Assembly: GCA_964651655.1 (NCBI GenBank)
Contig: CAZYVS010000005.1
Coordinates: 1-44,902, forward strand
Length of the DNA stretch: 44,902 bases
Direction: 5' to 3'
Origin: an uncultured Candidatus Saccharibacteria bacterium
GTDB taxonomy: Bacteria; Patescibacteriota; Minisyncoccia; Phycocordibacterales; Zambryskibacteraceae
Shown here: positions 36,222 through 44,792 of the stretch, in pieces
How positions within the stretch are numbered: the stretch's first letter is position 1
Layout: each line of letters opens with the position of its first letter
Position numbers and translations under genes: made by a program
Notes under the pieces: model-generated
What the model was told of the DNA's origin: nothing
The model's input: only the letters and a program-made list of their open reading frames with translations
The model's database searches: none

Positions 36222-37163
36222 TTATAATGATTTCTTTAACTGTTCTATAAAAGGAATACTGTTCGCATCAACGCCGTGCAACTCTGCAATGGCTTTGGCG
36301 GTGACGCTCGCTATGGATAAAACATAGAGAAGTTTGTTTGTCCTGCCTTGAGGAAGGTTTAAAGATAATACTTCCACGCCCTGCGAAGAAGCTAGGGTTT
36401 GAAAGACGGTCATGACCCGCGAAAGCTCAAGACTGTCTTCCTGATCCGAGAGAAGCAGAACCTTTAGATTCTTGGTCATAAGTCCTGCCGTTTCCGGAAT
36501 AATTCCCTGCGCTTCGTTATGCGCCAGTTCTGGAAAATAATTGGCAAATGCCGGAATTTTTCCCGTTTCATTTAGCATTATTTTCCAGATATAAGAGAGG
36601 GTGTAATTACTTCTAGACGAATAAATTAAGGGAATTTTCTTCTCAAATTTTTCACCGATTTCTTTTCCGTGTTCAACGGCTTTTTGAAAATCGATGAGAT
36701 CCTCTTGGGGGTCCAGAAACAAATACTCGCGACCTATAACACAAAGAAGTGCGCGTAACATATATAACACAGCATCTCTGGGCGCAAAACCGGATGGGAT
36801 AAGAACATGCGGCAGTTTATTCTGAAGTGTCCAGTTTAGAAGCATTCCTCCCGAAGTAATTACAGCTAAAGTGTGTTTCTTCGCCAGTGCCTCCTTAGCG
36901 AAACTCAAGGTTTCGGCAGTATTGCCTGAATACGATATGGCGATATACAAAGTATTGCCTTCATGTTTCGTTGGCAGGCCGTAATCATCATGGAGCCAAG
37001 CTGGAAATGTCGGGTCCAAAAAGAAAAGTATCCTAGCCGCTAAGCCAGACCCGCCCATACCACCGACAATCACATTGTCAAATCCGGTGATCTTCTTGCG
37101 AGACAAATCGCCTTCCAACTTCGGAATAAACGATAGCTGTTTCCTAATCTCCGCCTCATTCAT
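36222..37163 (-). CDS. Bifunctional phosphoglucose/phosphomannose isomerase (SIS domains)
   Basis: GGMGGSG, SYSGNTAET, NETGKIPA, FPELAHNE. Confidence 0.9.
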   Translation of the reverse strand: MNEAEIRKQLSFIPKLEGDLSRKKITGFDNVIVGGMGGSGLAARILFFLDPTFPAWLHDDYGLPTKHEGNTLYIAISYSGNTAETLSFAKEALAKKHTLAVITSGGMLLNWTLQNKLPHVLIPSGFAPRDAVLYMLRALLCVIGREYLFLDPQEDLIDFQKAVEHGKEIGEKFEKKIPLIYSSRSNYTLSYIWKIMLNETGKIPAFANYFPELAHNEAQGIIPETAGLMTKNLKVLLLSDQEDSLELSRVMTVFQTLASSQGVEVLSLNLPQGRTNKLLYVLSIASVTAKAIAELHGVDANSIPFIEQLKKSL

Positions 37164-37233
37164 ACACCCAGTGTAACACCTATATTAAAATTTTCCCCGC
37201 TTATAAATTTGAGTAACCATATCGATTTTATTA

Positions 37234-37998
37234 TTATAGATATTCTAGCAGACGATCATAGTTAATAAAATCTAAAAGTTCGTATCCATACTGGATGGTG
37301 AGGCCGAAATTGTCAGTTGATAAAAGAATACCGAGAATAATGAGAAATATACCACCGACAATAGATACTCCTTTGAGATACTTTGAGATTTTGTCGATAT
37401 AAACAGTTGCGCGTGAGAACGCGAAAGCAATCACCAGAAACGGAATGGCAAGACCGAATGAGAATACGGTAAGCATTAGTCCGCCCTGAAGCGCGGTGCC
37501 ACTCGTTCCGGCAAGAAGAAGTATCGAACCGAGAATGGGCCCAACGCATGGCGTCCAGCCAAGCGCGAATGTGCCGCCGATAAAGAGCGAGCTAGAGGGC
37601 TTGCCGAGCGTAAGCCACTTCGGGATGGGAATTCGTTTATCAGTTTGGAAAAACGAGAGCTTGAAGAAGCCGAGCATAAAAAGACCGAAGAGAATGACTA
37701 AGACGCCGCCAATGCGCGCAAGCCAAATGCGATACGGCGCGAGCGCCGTACCGACAAATCCTGCCAGTACGCCAAATATTATAAAGACGAACGAAAAACC
37801 GATGATAAAGGCAAGGCCGTTTAAAAAAATCTTTCGGCGGGCAATCCTTGCCGTTGCGGGATTTTTAAGCGCTTCTTGATCTACTCCGCTGATAAAACCC
37901 AAATAGGCAGGTACAAGCGGCAGAGTACATGGCGCAAGAAACGTAAGCAGTCCCGCAAAGAACGAAGCGACTATGAATCCGATATTTAGTTCAATCAT
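37234..37998 (-). CDS. ccdA: CcdA-family thiol-disulfide membrane transporter
   Basis: FLAPCTLPLVPAY and GWTPCVGPIL. Confidence 0.92.
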   Translation of the reverse strand: MIELNIGFIVASFFAGLLTFLAPCTLPLVPAYLGFISGVDQEALKNPATARIARRKIFLNGLAFIIGFSFVFIIFGVLAGFVGTALAPYRIWLARIGGVLVILFGLFMLGFFKLSFFQTDKRIPIPKWLTLGKPSSSLFIGGTFALGWTPCVGPILGSILLLAGTSGTALQGGLMLTVFSFGLAIPFLVIAFAFSRATVYIDKISKYLKGVSIVGGIFLIILGILLSTDNFGLTIQYGYELLDFINYDRLLEYL

Positions 37999-38561
37999 AG
38001 TGATGTTTCGTTAGTTTCTACTTGTCTCGAGCCTTGTCGAGAGATAATTTTATTGACATGCTCTCGCATCTCTTCTAATTCCATTGGACCCCGTTTGTGT
38101 ATGACGATATCTCCGGCACTATTTACAAAAATGGTTTCCGGCATAGAAAAACCGCCAATTGATTTATAAAAGGAATCCGACGAATCAAGAAGAAAGAGCA
38201 TGTCGTTTGAGATGCCGAGCTCATCGGTATATCCCCTTGCCTTATCAAGCGGTTCTTGCCGATCAATTGCAATAACCGTTATATCGTCACCAAACTCTTT
38301 TTGAAGCTCTGCAAAATCAGGCAACTCTTCGCGACAAAACGGACACCATACCGCCCAGCTGTTTATCACAAGCGGCTTTCCTCGAAATTCCGAGAGAGAA
38401 ACATTGTTGCCTTGGTAACCCATAAGCGAAATAGAAGCGAATGTATCAAAATCACTCGCACTTGATTGCGGTTTCTCTCCCCGGTCTCTCATAACAAGGA
38501 AAACTCCCCCGAGAACTAAAAGTATTACGATGCCAATAAAGAGAGTAGAATTTGTTTGCAT
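37995..38561 (-). CDS. TlpA-family disulfide reductase, membrane anchored
   Basis: NSWAVWCPFCREELP, MPET cis-Pro; ATG 38561 chosen to avoid overlap with the upstream gene. Confidence 0.92.
   Translation of the reverse strand: MQTNSTLFIGIVILLVLGGVFLVMRDRGEKPQSSASDFDTFASISLMGYQGNNVSLSEFRGKPLVINSWAVWCPFCREELPDFAELQKEFGDDITVIAIDRQEPLDKARGYTDELGISNDMLFLLDSSDSFYKSIGGFSMPETIFVNSAGDIVIHKRGPMELEEMREHVNKIISRQGSRQVETNETSL
38021..38043. repeat. In-frame palindromic element (family A) in the tlpA tail
   Basis: cttgtctcgagccttgtcgagag, encodes SRQGSRQ. Confidence 0.7.
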
Positions 38562-38565
38562 ATAT

Positions 38566-39177
38566 TTATATGCCACGCACTTTTTCAGGTCCGCGATTGT
38601 CATATCTTTTAATAAAATCACTGATACGATTTTCGTTCACGACACTATTTTCTATATCAAACGTATCAACTCGGCCCCACGCGACGAGGGCGATATCCCT
38701 CTCATTTTCTGTGCGTGGTGACACAACTACGTATTGTCCGGCAAAAGATTCAAGCACTTTCTTTGCCTCATCGCTTATATCGGAGTGATATGCAATCCAA
38801 ATGTCACCATGCTCCAGGTTGTGAAGCACCTGCTCATCGGGTAATGGCTCATTATAGTATCCGCCACGAGCGGGTGAACCATAATGCCAACCGGAGGATG
38901 GCGGGTTTGAATTGTATTCCGGATGCGAAGCGCCGTCTGCAATATGATCGCGACCTTGTATTTCGTATGCAACGCTAAAATCTTCACCGTCCGGTCCTGT
39001 CGTCTGGGCAAGCAAAAAGATCCCGTACCCTACAGCGACCAGAATAAGAATCCAAAGAGTGTAGCGGGTGATGGATTTTTGTACTTTAGCCCGTCCTGCC
39101 TGCGTGCGTTCTTTCTCTTTCGCCACTTCGCGTTCCTGTTTCTTTTGTTCGTAGTTATTTTTTGTTTCGTTTTTCAT
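38566..39177 (-). CDS. DUF3105 domain protein
   Basis: GRDH...YNSNPPSSGWHY, LHNLEHGDIWIAY, VAWG. Confidence 0.88.
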   Translation of the reverse strand: MKNETKNNYEQKKQEREVAKEKERTQAGRAKVQKSITRYTLWILILVAVGYGIFLLAQTTGPDGEDFSVAYEIQGRDHIADGASHPEYNSNPPSSGWHYGSPARGGYYNEPLPDEQVLHNLEHGDIWIAYHSDISDEAKKVLESFAGQYVVVSPRTENERDIALVAWGRVDTFDIENSVVNENRISDFIKRYDNRGPEKVRGI

Positions 39178-39211
39178 GGTACATTACTGCGGCAAGTTTC
39201 GTTAATTTTAA

Positions 39212-40225
39212 TTACTTATAAAGTTCGGTTTCTGAATGGACGGCAAGCCAAGAAAACCAAAAACCCGGTATTGAGGCAAGCGGTTTTCCATCGGAAGTTA
39301 TGGTTATTTCTCCAGAGCCTTTTTTGGTCACGGCAATTTCTTTTCCGGCAAAGGTGTCATTAATCGTTCCTGAAAGTGCAGCGTCACTGTATGCTTTATA
39401 CTGCCCGTTAATTTCTATACCGTGCACCAGTGCCTTTGGATGAAGTCGCGTGTCATTGAATGTCGCTCCGAACGACACGGATTCGCTTGTGTAGTAATCG
39501 CCATACGGGTCGCGGCCGTAGTCGCGAACGGTTCCGGTATCTTGCGATAACACTTTTGTATTAGGGTGTGCTGATTTCCAATCGCCGAAACGCACAACGT
39601 CAGACCGAACAATTTTAAGTTTTTCTCCAGTGTTCACGCCTAAGACCGCTTCACCTAAGACCTGCGACCAGAGCGACTCATTCTCTTCACTTCCTGCGCG
39701 GTTATACATCAAGAGATTCGACTGCCATAATCGCCCCGACACGCCAAATTCTTGCACCTCACCGTCTACTCTTCGCTCAAACACGATGCCGGTAGCACAG
39801 AGTGGACAGTACGTTACCAACACCGGCTCTCCGGCAATGGTGTCATTCACAATCTCGTGCCAGACAAGAATGCGATACGGATAAAAGCGACTTTCTCCGT
39901 TTACAGTTAAACCGAGCCCGGGGTCATTATCATTCAAGAACATAGCGTCACTCACTGAAATAAATTTTGGATTATTAACCGCAGGAATACCGTCCTTTCC
40001 CGGACCACCTGATAGTATTTCATTCAAGGGTATAGAGTGCTTTACTCCGTCTGTTACTAAAATTTCTCTTTGTGTTTTCATGGTTTGAGTTTGTTCACGA
40101 TCTTTTTCCTCTGCGGTTTGCGTAGTGGTCTCACCGCCAGGAAGAGAAAACGATCTGCCTTGAAAATACCATAAACCAAGTGTGGAAAGGGCGATTATTG
40201 CAATGATACTAAAAAGATACTTCAT
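39212..40225 (-). CDS. DUF3179 domain protein (CxxC)
   Basis: GGPGKDGIP, WHEIVND, TYCPLCATG, GVSGRLWQSNLLMY, FWFSW. Confidence 0.9.
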   Translation of the reverse strand: MKYLFSIIAIIALSTLGLWYFQGRSFSLPGGETTTQTAEEKDREQTQTMKTQREILVTDGVKHSIPLNEILSGGPGKDGIPAVNNPKFISVSDAMFLNDNDPGLGLTVNGESRFYPYRILVWHEIVNDTIAGEPVLVTYCPLCATGIVFERRVDGEVQEFGVSGRLWQSNLLMYNRAGSEENESLWSQVLGEAVLGVNTGEKLKIVRSDVVRFGDWKSAHPNTKVLSQDTGTVRDYGRDPYGDYYTSESVSFGATFNDTRLHPKALVHGIEINGQYKAYSDAALSGTINDTFAGKEIAVTKKGSGEITITSDGKPLASIPGFWFSWLAVHSETELYK

Positions 40226-40229
40226 ACGA

Positions 40230-40412
40230 TTATTTCAAAGATTCAATAACTTTAGCAACCTTTTTGGTAAGCAAGACATTGGTTGGCTCATAGCACATGG
40301 TCTTTCCCATACGCACACTCTTAACTAGACCGCGCGCTTCAAGATAGGCAAGCTGGTGTGATGTAGATGATTGAGAAATGCCTACAGCTTCTGACAGCTC
40401 GTGAACACACAA
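40230..40412 (-). pseudogene. N-terminally truncated ArsR-family regulator
   Basis: CVHEL...SQSSTSHQLAYLEARGLV HTH and wing present; in-frame TGA a few codons upstream, so helices 1-2 are absent. Confidence 0.55.
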
Positions 40413-40514
40413 ATCTCTTTTTGCATTTGTTCATATATTATACACAGACATTTCTTATGTCAAATATTGTATCCTGATATACTATAGAAGATTGAGTATT
40501 GAAGTCGTAACACT

Positions 40515-40823
40515 ATGTATAATCCGCAAAATCTGCACGAATGCGAAGTGGAAAAAAAGCACAACCCTCGCAAATACATTGACGGCCTAATGACTGCAAT
40601 CGGTGGTATTGCATCGATATCAAGTATCCCACAGGTGCTGAAGATTTGGCAGACAGGAAATGTCGCCGGAATTTCTCTTATGACACAATTACTTGCCCTC
40701 GGCGCAGTTATTTCTTGGTTTCTCTACGGCCTCTACATTAAAAACAAGCCACTAGCAATAACAAGCGGGCTTTCGATATTGGTACTTGGTGCTGTTGTCA
40801 TACAAATTTTTGTGTACCAATAA
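40515..40823 (+). CDS. SemiSWEET/PQ-loop transporter
   Basis: SIPQVLKIW PQ motif, GIS, WFLYG, three TM segments. Confidence 0.88.
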   Translation: MYNPQNLHECEVEKKHNPRKYIDGLMTAIGGIASISSIPQVLKIWQTGNVAGISLMTQLLALGAVISWFLYGLYIKNKPLAITSGLSILVLGAVVIQIFVYQ

Positions 40824-40887
40824 ATTGACCGGACCACCACGCGCGTGGCATGTTTTTCGGCCCCTGAAAAGCCGCTCTGTTTGAATG

Positions 40888-40962
40888 TGGAGCCAGAGGG
40901 GAGAATCGGACTCCCGACCTCTTTCTTACCATGAAAGCGTTCTACCACTGAACTACTCTGGC
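40888..40962 (-). tRNA. tRNA-Thr(GGT), CCA encoded
   Basis: Acceptor gccagag/ctctggc, anticodon arm ctttc-atGGTaa-gaaag, 3' TCCA. Confidence 0.95.
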
Positions 40963-40993
40963 TTATTTGGCACAAAAGTTATAATACTAAACA

Positions 40994-41551
40994 GTGGATA
41001 TCTTTACCAATAACTTTGGTATCATATTTATCATGATAGAGGAGCCGAAGTATGAAGATACTCAAAGATGGAAGAGTTATGTTTATTTTGCCATCAGTAT
41101 CCTTGTCCTATTAATCATCGTCCTGCTGATTAAGAACAGTATCAATGGACGAAACAGCGTGGATAATCCCCAGAATCCACCCGACAACATAGTAGTGCCA
41201 AATATAGTGAGAGCAGAACCCAAGAAAGTGGCTGATGGGTTTCCTCAAGAATTAACTCTAAACTCAAGAACCGAAATTATCGGGTCTTATTCGGCGTCGT
41301 ATCCCAATTCATCAGCCAAGCAAACTACAGTTGAATTTATTTCGTCTAAAAATCCGGAGGTAAATTATAATTTTTATATTAAATGGGCCGAAGACAATGG
41401 TTGGCAAATCGTTAATTCTTCAAAGAGTGATTTAATTTTTTCTCTCTACTTCAAAAAAACATCTGAAGCGATAAATATCACCATCCGTTCCTCTGTAAAG
41501 ACTGGGAAATCGTCGGAGATTATCATAAGCTATGTAAATTTAAATAAATGA
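40994..41551 (+). CDS. Single-pass membrane protein of unknown function
   Basis: One TM then a polar extracellular domain (GFPQEL, WAEDNGWQI); 4-nt overlap with the next gene. Confidence 0.7.
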   Translation: MDIFTNNFGIIFIMIEEPKYEDTQRWKSYVYFAISILVLLIIVLLIKNSINGRNSVDNPQNPPDNIVVPNIVRAEPKKVADGFPQELTLNSRTEIIGSYSASYPNSSAKQTTVEFISSKNPEVNYNFYIKWAEDNGWQIVNSSKSDLIFSLYFKKTSEAINITIRSSVKTGKSSEIIISYVNLNK

Positions 41552-44016
41552 AAAAATTTCTAAAAACTGCGACGATTCTTTTAATCATTTTTTCTTGGCT
41601 TCCAAACGTTCAAAATGTTTCAGCATCTGTTTGTTGGGAAGGCCCATCATACCCGGGTTATAATGAGCGAAAAAAAATCACGATTGACCGCACCGAGGTT
41701 TCCGGAAGTAGCGCTTTAGTTAATTTTCCAGTACTTATTTCCTTAACTAATAATGATTTAAAAACTATTGCCAATGGTGGGAAAGTAGCTAATTCAAACG
41801 GTTACGATATAATTTTTACCGATTCGGACGGCACTACGAAATTTGACCATGAAATTGAAAAATATAACGGCAGTACCGGCCAATTTATTAGTTGGGTCAG
41901 AATTCCCAGCCTTTCTTCAAATGCCGACAAAGTAATTTATATGTATTACAGTAACTCTTCCGTCTCCGCTTCTCAAGAAAACAGGACGGCCGTCTGGAAC
42001 AGTAACTATAAAGGGGTGTGGCATATGCACAATACTTCCAGCCCAGCAAGAGATTCAACGGTTAATGGATATAATGGTACAGCTTTCGGCACAATCTCAT
42101 TCAATGCCACGGGGAAAATCAACAGTGCTACGCGCTATAACAGTACCCAGCAGTACGGCGATGATGCCCACCTTAATCTTGGTAGAAATCTTGACATTTC
42201 CAGTCTTCCATTTACGATTTCTGCCTGGGTTAATCCTGATAATTTCAATTACTTTCACACTATATTTGCCAAACGGGACACTTACAATATTAACGATATG
42301 CGATTTGATTTGATAATGGACCAGGGTTCTTACAAAAATCCCGGCTCAATTCTTTTACAATCAGGTTTTTCGTGGGAAGGCGGGGCTGATCTGGCTTCCG
42401 ATTATACTCTTCCTGCCGGACAATGGACGTATGTAACAGTTGTACCAACATCAGGAGCTACCAACCTTTATATTAACGGCCAGTTTCAAGAAAATATGGG
42501 TAGTTTTTGGCTTGGCACCGATAGTAGCGCGGAAAGTTTTATCGGCAAAACTCCGGATGGTCTGGGCCCAGACCAATACGCAGGTAACATTGACGAGCTT
42601 CGTATTTCAAGTGTGGCCCGTTCCGCGGACTGGATTAAAACCGAATATAATAACCAAAGCAATCCATCCGGATTTGCAAACATTGGCGCTGAAGAAAGTT
42701 GTGTCGCTCCAGGAAATATAATTGTGAATGCCACATTAGACGGTAATCCGTGGCCGGCGTCAGGTACGGGCGCGATAAATTATACTTTGTCCGGCCCGTC
42801 CGGCAATATCAGCAATTCTTCCGTGCCATTTACTTATGAAGATGTAATGGCTGATGAAAGCTATACACTAACCTACACCAGTGGCGGCCCAACAAACGCC
42901 ATCATAAATTCTATTTCGCCCATTTCTCCTGTGTCTTCACAGTTTTTGCCAAATAACTCATCTATTGCTTTTAATTTGAATTTTATCAGCGGATCAACCA
43001 TGTGTCCTCTGACACCGAAGTCCGGACGGACAATCATCTCTTTTGAACCTTATCAAGTGATCGGCTCGCCGGATTACGCGCCGCATATGATAGGGCCATA
43101 TTCACTTAATCCCCCGCTGTCAGGGGCATACGACATTACTTTAGTCGCTTATGACAGCCATACCGGCCCGGGAGGCAGTGGTGGTCAAAACCAGCCGAAT
43201 GAGCAGTATTATCTTAAATTATTAGATCAGAGTAATAATCTCATAACATCTACCAATCCAAGTGATGACATTCCAAACAATCAAGATTTTGTAACAAAGC
43301 TTGTTAATACCAATCTGCAAACAGCAAAAAAAATTTACAGTGTAGAAGCTTGGCATAAAGCTTATATTGATAACAGCTCTTACAATAGTTTATATCCTAT
43401 TTGCGCCGCGTTTGATGAATCGTTTGATTACTCTCTCTCAAATTCAGGTACATCCAGTGTAACCAAAACCACCAATGATACATTCACGCAAAACACGATT
43501 ACCAAGACTTTGACTGCGGGCGCCGCGCAAGATGTTTCTTTGTCTGTCACTGGCGCCCCGCCCGGAGTAACCACGAGCATCTCCGGCCAAAATTGCAATC
43601 TAACTTGCACTTCAGTCATTACCTTCACCGTATCGCCAAGCACCGTCATAGGGGTATATCCCATAACGGTCACCGGTTCTCCGCTTGATAAACAAACGAA
43701 CTTCAATTTAGTCGTATCGGGAGACCCGCTTATTGTTTCTTGCACAGCTTCTCCGACGACAGTGTTTCTTGGAGAAACCGCTACATTAACTGCCAATGTA
43801 TCGGGAGGCACTCCGCCGTATATCTATTCATGGGAAGGCACTGATATCCCGACCAGCCCTTCTCCGGATATTAATCCATTCAATATTAGCTACAACACTG
43901 TGGGTCAGAAAAATGTTTCCGTGACTGTCACCGATTCCAGTTCTCCTCCATTCCAAACCACTTGTCCAACCATCACCGTCAGAGCCAGCATTGACCCTTC
44001 ATACGAAGAGTTTTGA
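41548..44016 (+). CDS. Secreted surface protein: DUF2341, LamG-like jelly roll and Ig/PKD-like modules
   Basis: Signal peptide, RKKITI...NFPVLI...DIIFTD...WVRIP...IYMYY (DUF2341), FTISAWV...WTYV...LYING...IDELRIS (LamG), YSWEG...YNTVGQK (PKD-like). Confidence 0.85.
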   Translation: MKKFLKTATILLIIFSWLPNVQNVSASVCWEGPSYPGYNERKKITIDRTEVSGSSALVNFPVLISLTNNDLKTIANGGKVANSNGYDIIFTDSDGTTKFDHEIEKYNGSTGQFISWVRIPSLSSNADKVIYMYYSNSSVSASQENRTAVWNSNYKGVWHMHNTSSPARDSTVNGYNGTAFGTISFNATGKINSATRYNSTQQYGDDAHLNLGRNLDISSLPFTISAWVNPDNFNYFHTIFAKRDTYNINDMRFDLIMDQGSYKNPGSILLQSGFSWEGGADLASDYTLPAGQWTYVTVVPTSGATNLYINGQFQENMGSFWLGTDSSAESFIGKTPDGLGPDQYAGNIDELRISSVARSADWIKTEYNNQSNPSGFANIGAEESCVAPGNIIVNATLDGNPWPASGTGAINYTLSGPSGNISNSSVPFTYEDVMADESYTLTYTSGGPTNAIINSISPISPVSSQFLPNNSSIAFNLNFISGSTMCPLTPKSGRTIISFEPYQVIGSPDYAPHMIGPYSLNPPLSGAYDITLVAYDSHTGPGGSGGQNQPNEQYYLKLLDQSNNLITSTNPSDDIPNNQDFVTKLVNTNLQTAKKIYSVEAWHKAYIDNSSYNSLYPICAAFDESFDYSLSNSGTSSVTKTTNDTFTQNTITKTLTAGAAQDVSLSVTGAPPGVTTSISGQNCNLTCTSVITFTVSPSTVIGVYPITVTGSPLDKQTNFNLVVSGDPLIVSCTASPTTVFLGETATLTANVSGGTPPYIYSWEGTDIPTSPSPDINPFNISYNTVGQKNVSVTVTDSSSPPFQTTCPTITVRASIDPSYEEF

Positions 44017-44026
44017 TAATCATTAG

Positions 44027-44101
44027 CGCGGCCGACCGGATTTGAACCGGCGATCTATTCCGTGACAGGGAATCGTGTTAACCAGGCTACACCACGGCCG
44101 C
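44027..44101 (-). tRNA. tRNA-Asp(GTC), CCA not encoded
   Basis: Acceptor gcggccg/cggccgc with G discriminator, anticodon arm attcc-ctGTCac-ggaat, T-loop TTCAAAT. Confidence 0.95.
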
Positions 44102-44136
44102 AATGCACTACAAAATAACAGATTTTTACGACTTAA

Positions 44137-44391
44137 TCAATTTTTCAGAGTGTCACTAAGCATAATTTTTAAAGCTCTCTTTCCCTGATTGGTTTTGAAG
44201 TAGCTCTCTCTACGTTTGGCATCTGACAAAGATTTATAAGCTTCATAAAACAACAAATCAAAAGGTTTATATGGTTTTGTGGCAAGAGAAAATCCTTTCT
44301 GATGTTCCGCAATCCGTCGCCTTAAATTCGTGGTATATCCAACATAAATCCATGGCTGTTTTTTACTTCGTAATAAATACACATAATACAT
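44137..44391 (-). CDS. Small GIY-YIG nuclease
   Basis: YYVYLL...IYVGYT.NL.RR..EH, A..RE..FK motifs. Confidence 0.92.
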   Translation of the reverse strand: MYYVYLLRSKKQPWIYVGYTTNLRRRIAEHQKGFSLATKPYKPFDLLFYEAYKSLSDAKRRESYFKTNQGKRALKIMLSDTLKN

Positions 44392-44644
44392 AGCAACATT
44401 GTACAGATTCGGGGTGGCCTAAACCAGAGTGAATACACACGGTTCAGGCCGACCCCAAACCGTGTCGCGTAGCAACTCTGGTTTGGGGTGCGTCTCTATG
44501 AAACTACTCGAGCATATTTTAGCAGAAATTGACCAAATTTACCTAGTCATACAGGTAGTCATTCGCCCTACCTCGGAATGACTACCCTGCGTTTCTGAAA
44601 CTGCCCATCATTCCTCGCTATTCTGACCTCGCCTCTCTCAAATT

Positions 44645-44792
44645 CCAAGTCCTACTTCACTCCGGTTTACCCCTTCACGCACCCCTTCACTCGCTTGGTG
44701 CCGGATTGAAGGGGTATGCCTCCTCAATCTCCCCGCCAATGCTCGTCTTTCTGCTCTCGCACCCCCATATTCCCAAGTCCGACTTCACTCCG
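44645..44792. repeat. Direct repeat pair with 128-nt period
   Basis: ccaagtcctacttcactccg (44645-44664) and ccaagtccgacttcactccg (44773-44792), with weaker similarity about 40 nt further upstream. Confidence 0.75.

Noticed and set aside
38562-38621. N-terminal extension of tlpA to 38621
   Set aside because: Overlaps the DUF3105 gene end; ATG 38561 gives a normal membrane anchor.
39212-40225. Selenocysteine or TGA recoding in DUF3179 or elsewhere
   Set aside because: No in-frame TGA; TGA acts as a normal stop in the window (for example 44014-44016).
44645-44792. CRISPR array
   Set aside because: Only two imperfect copies 128 nt apart and no cas genes; spacing is not CRISPR-like.
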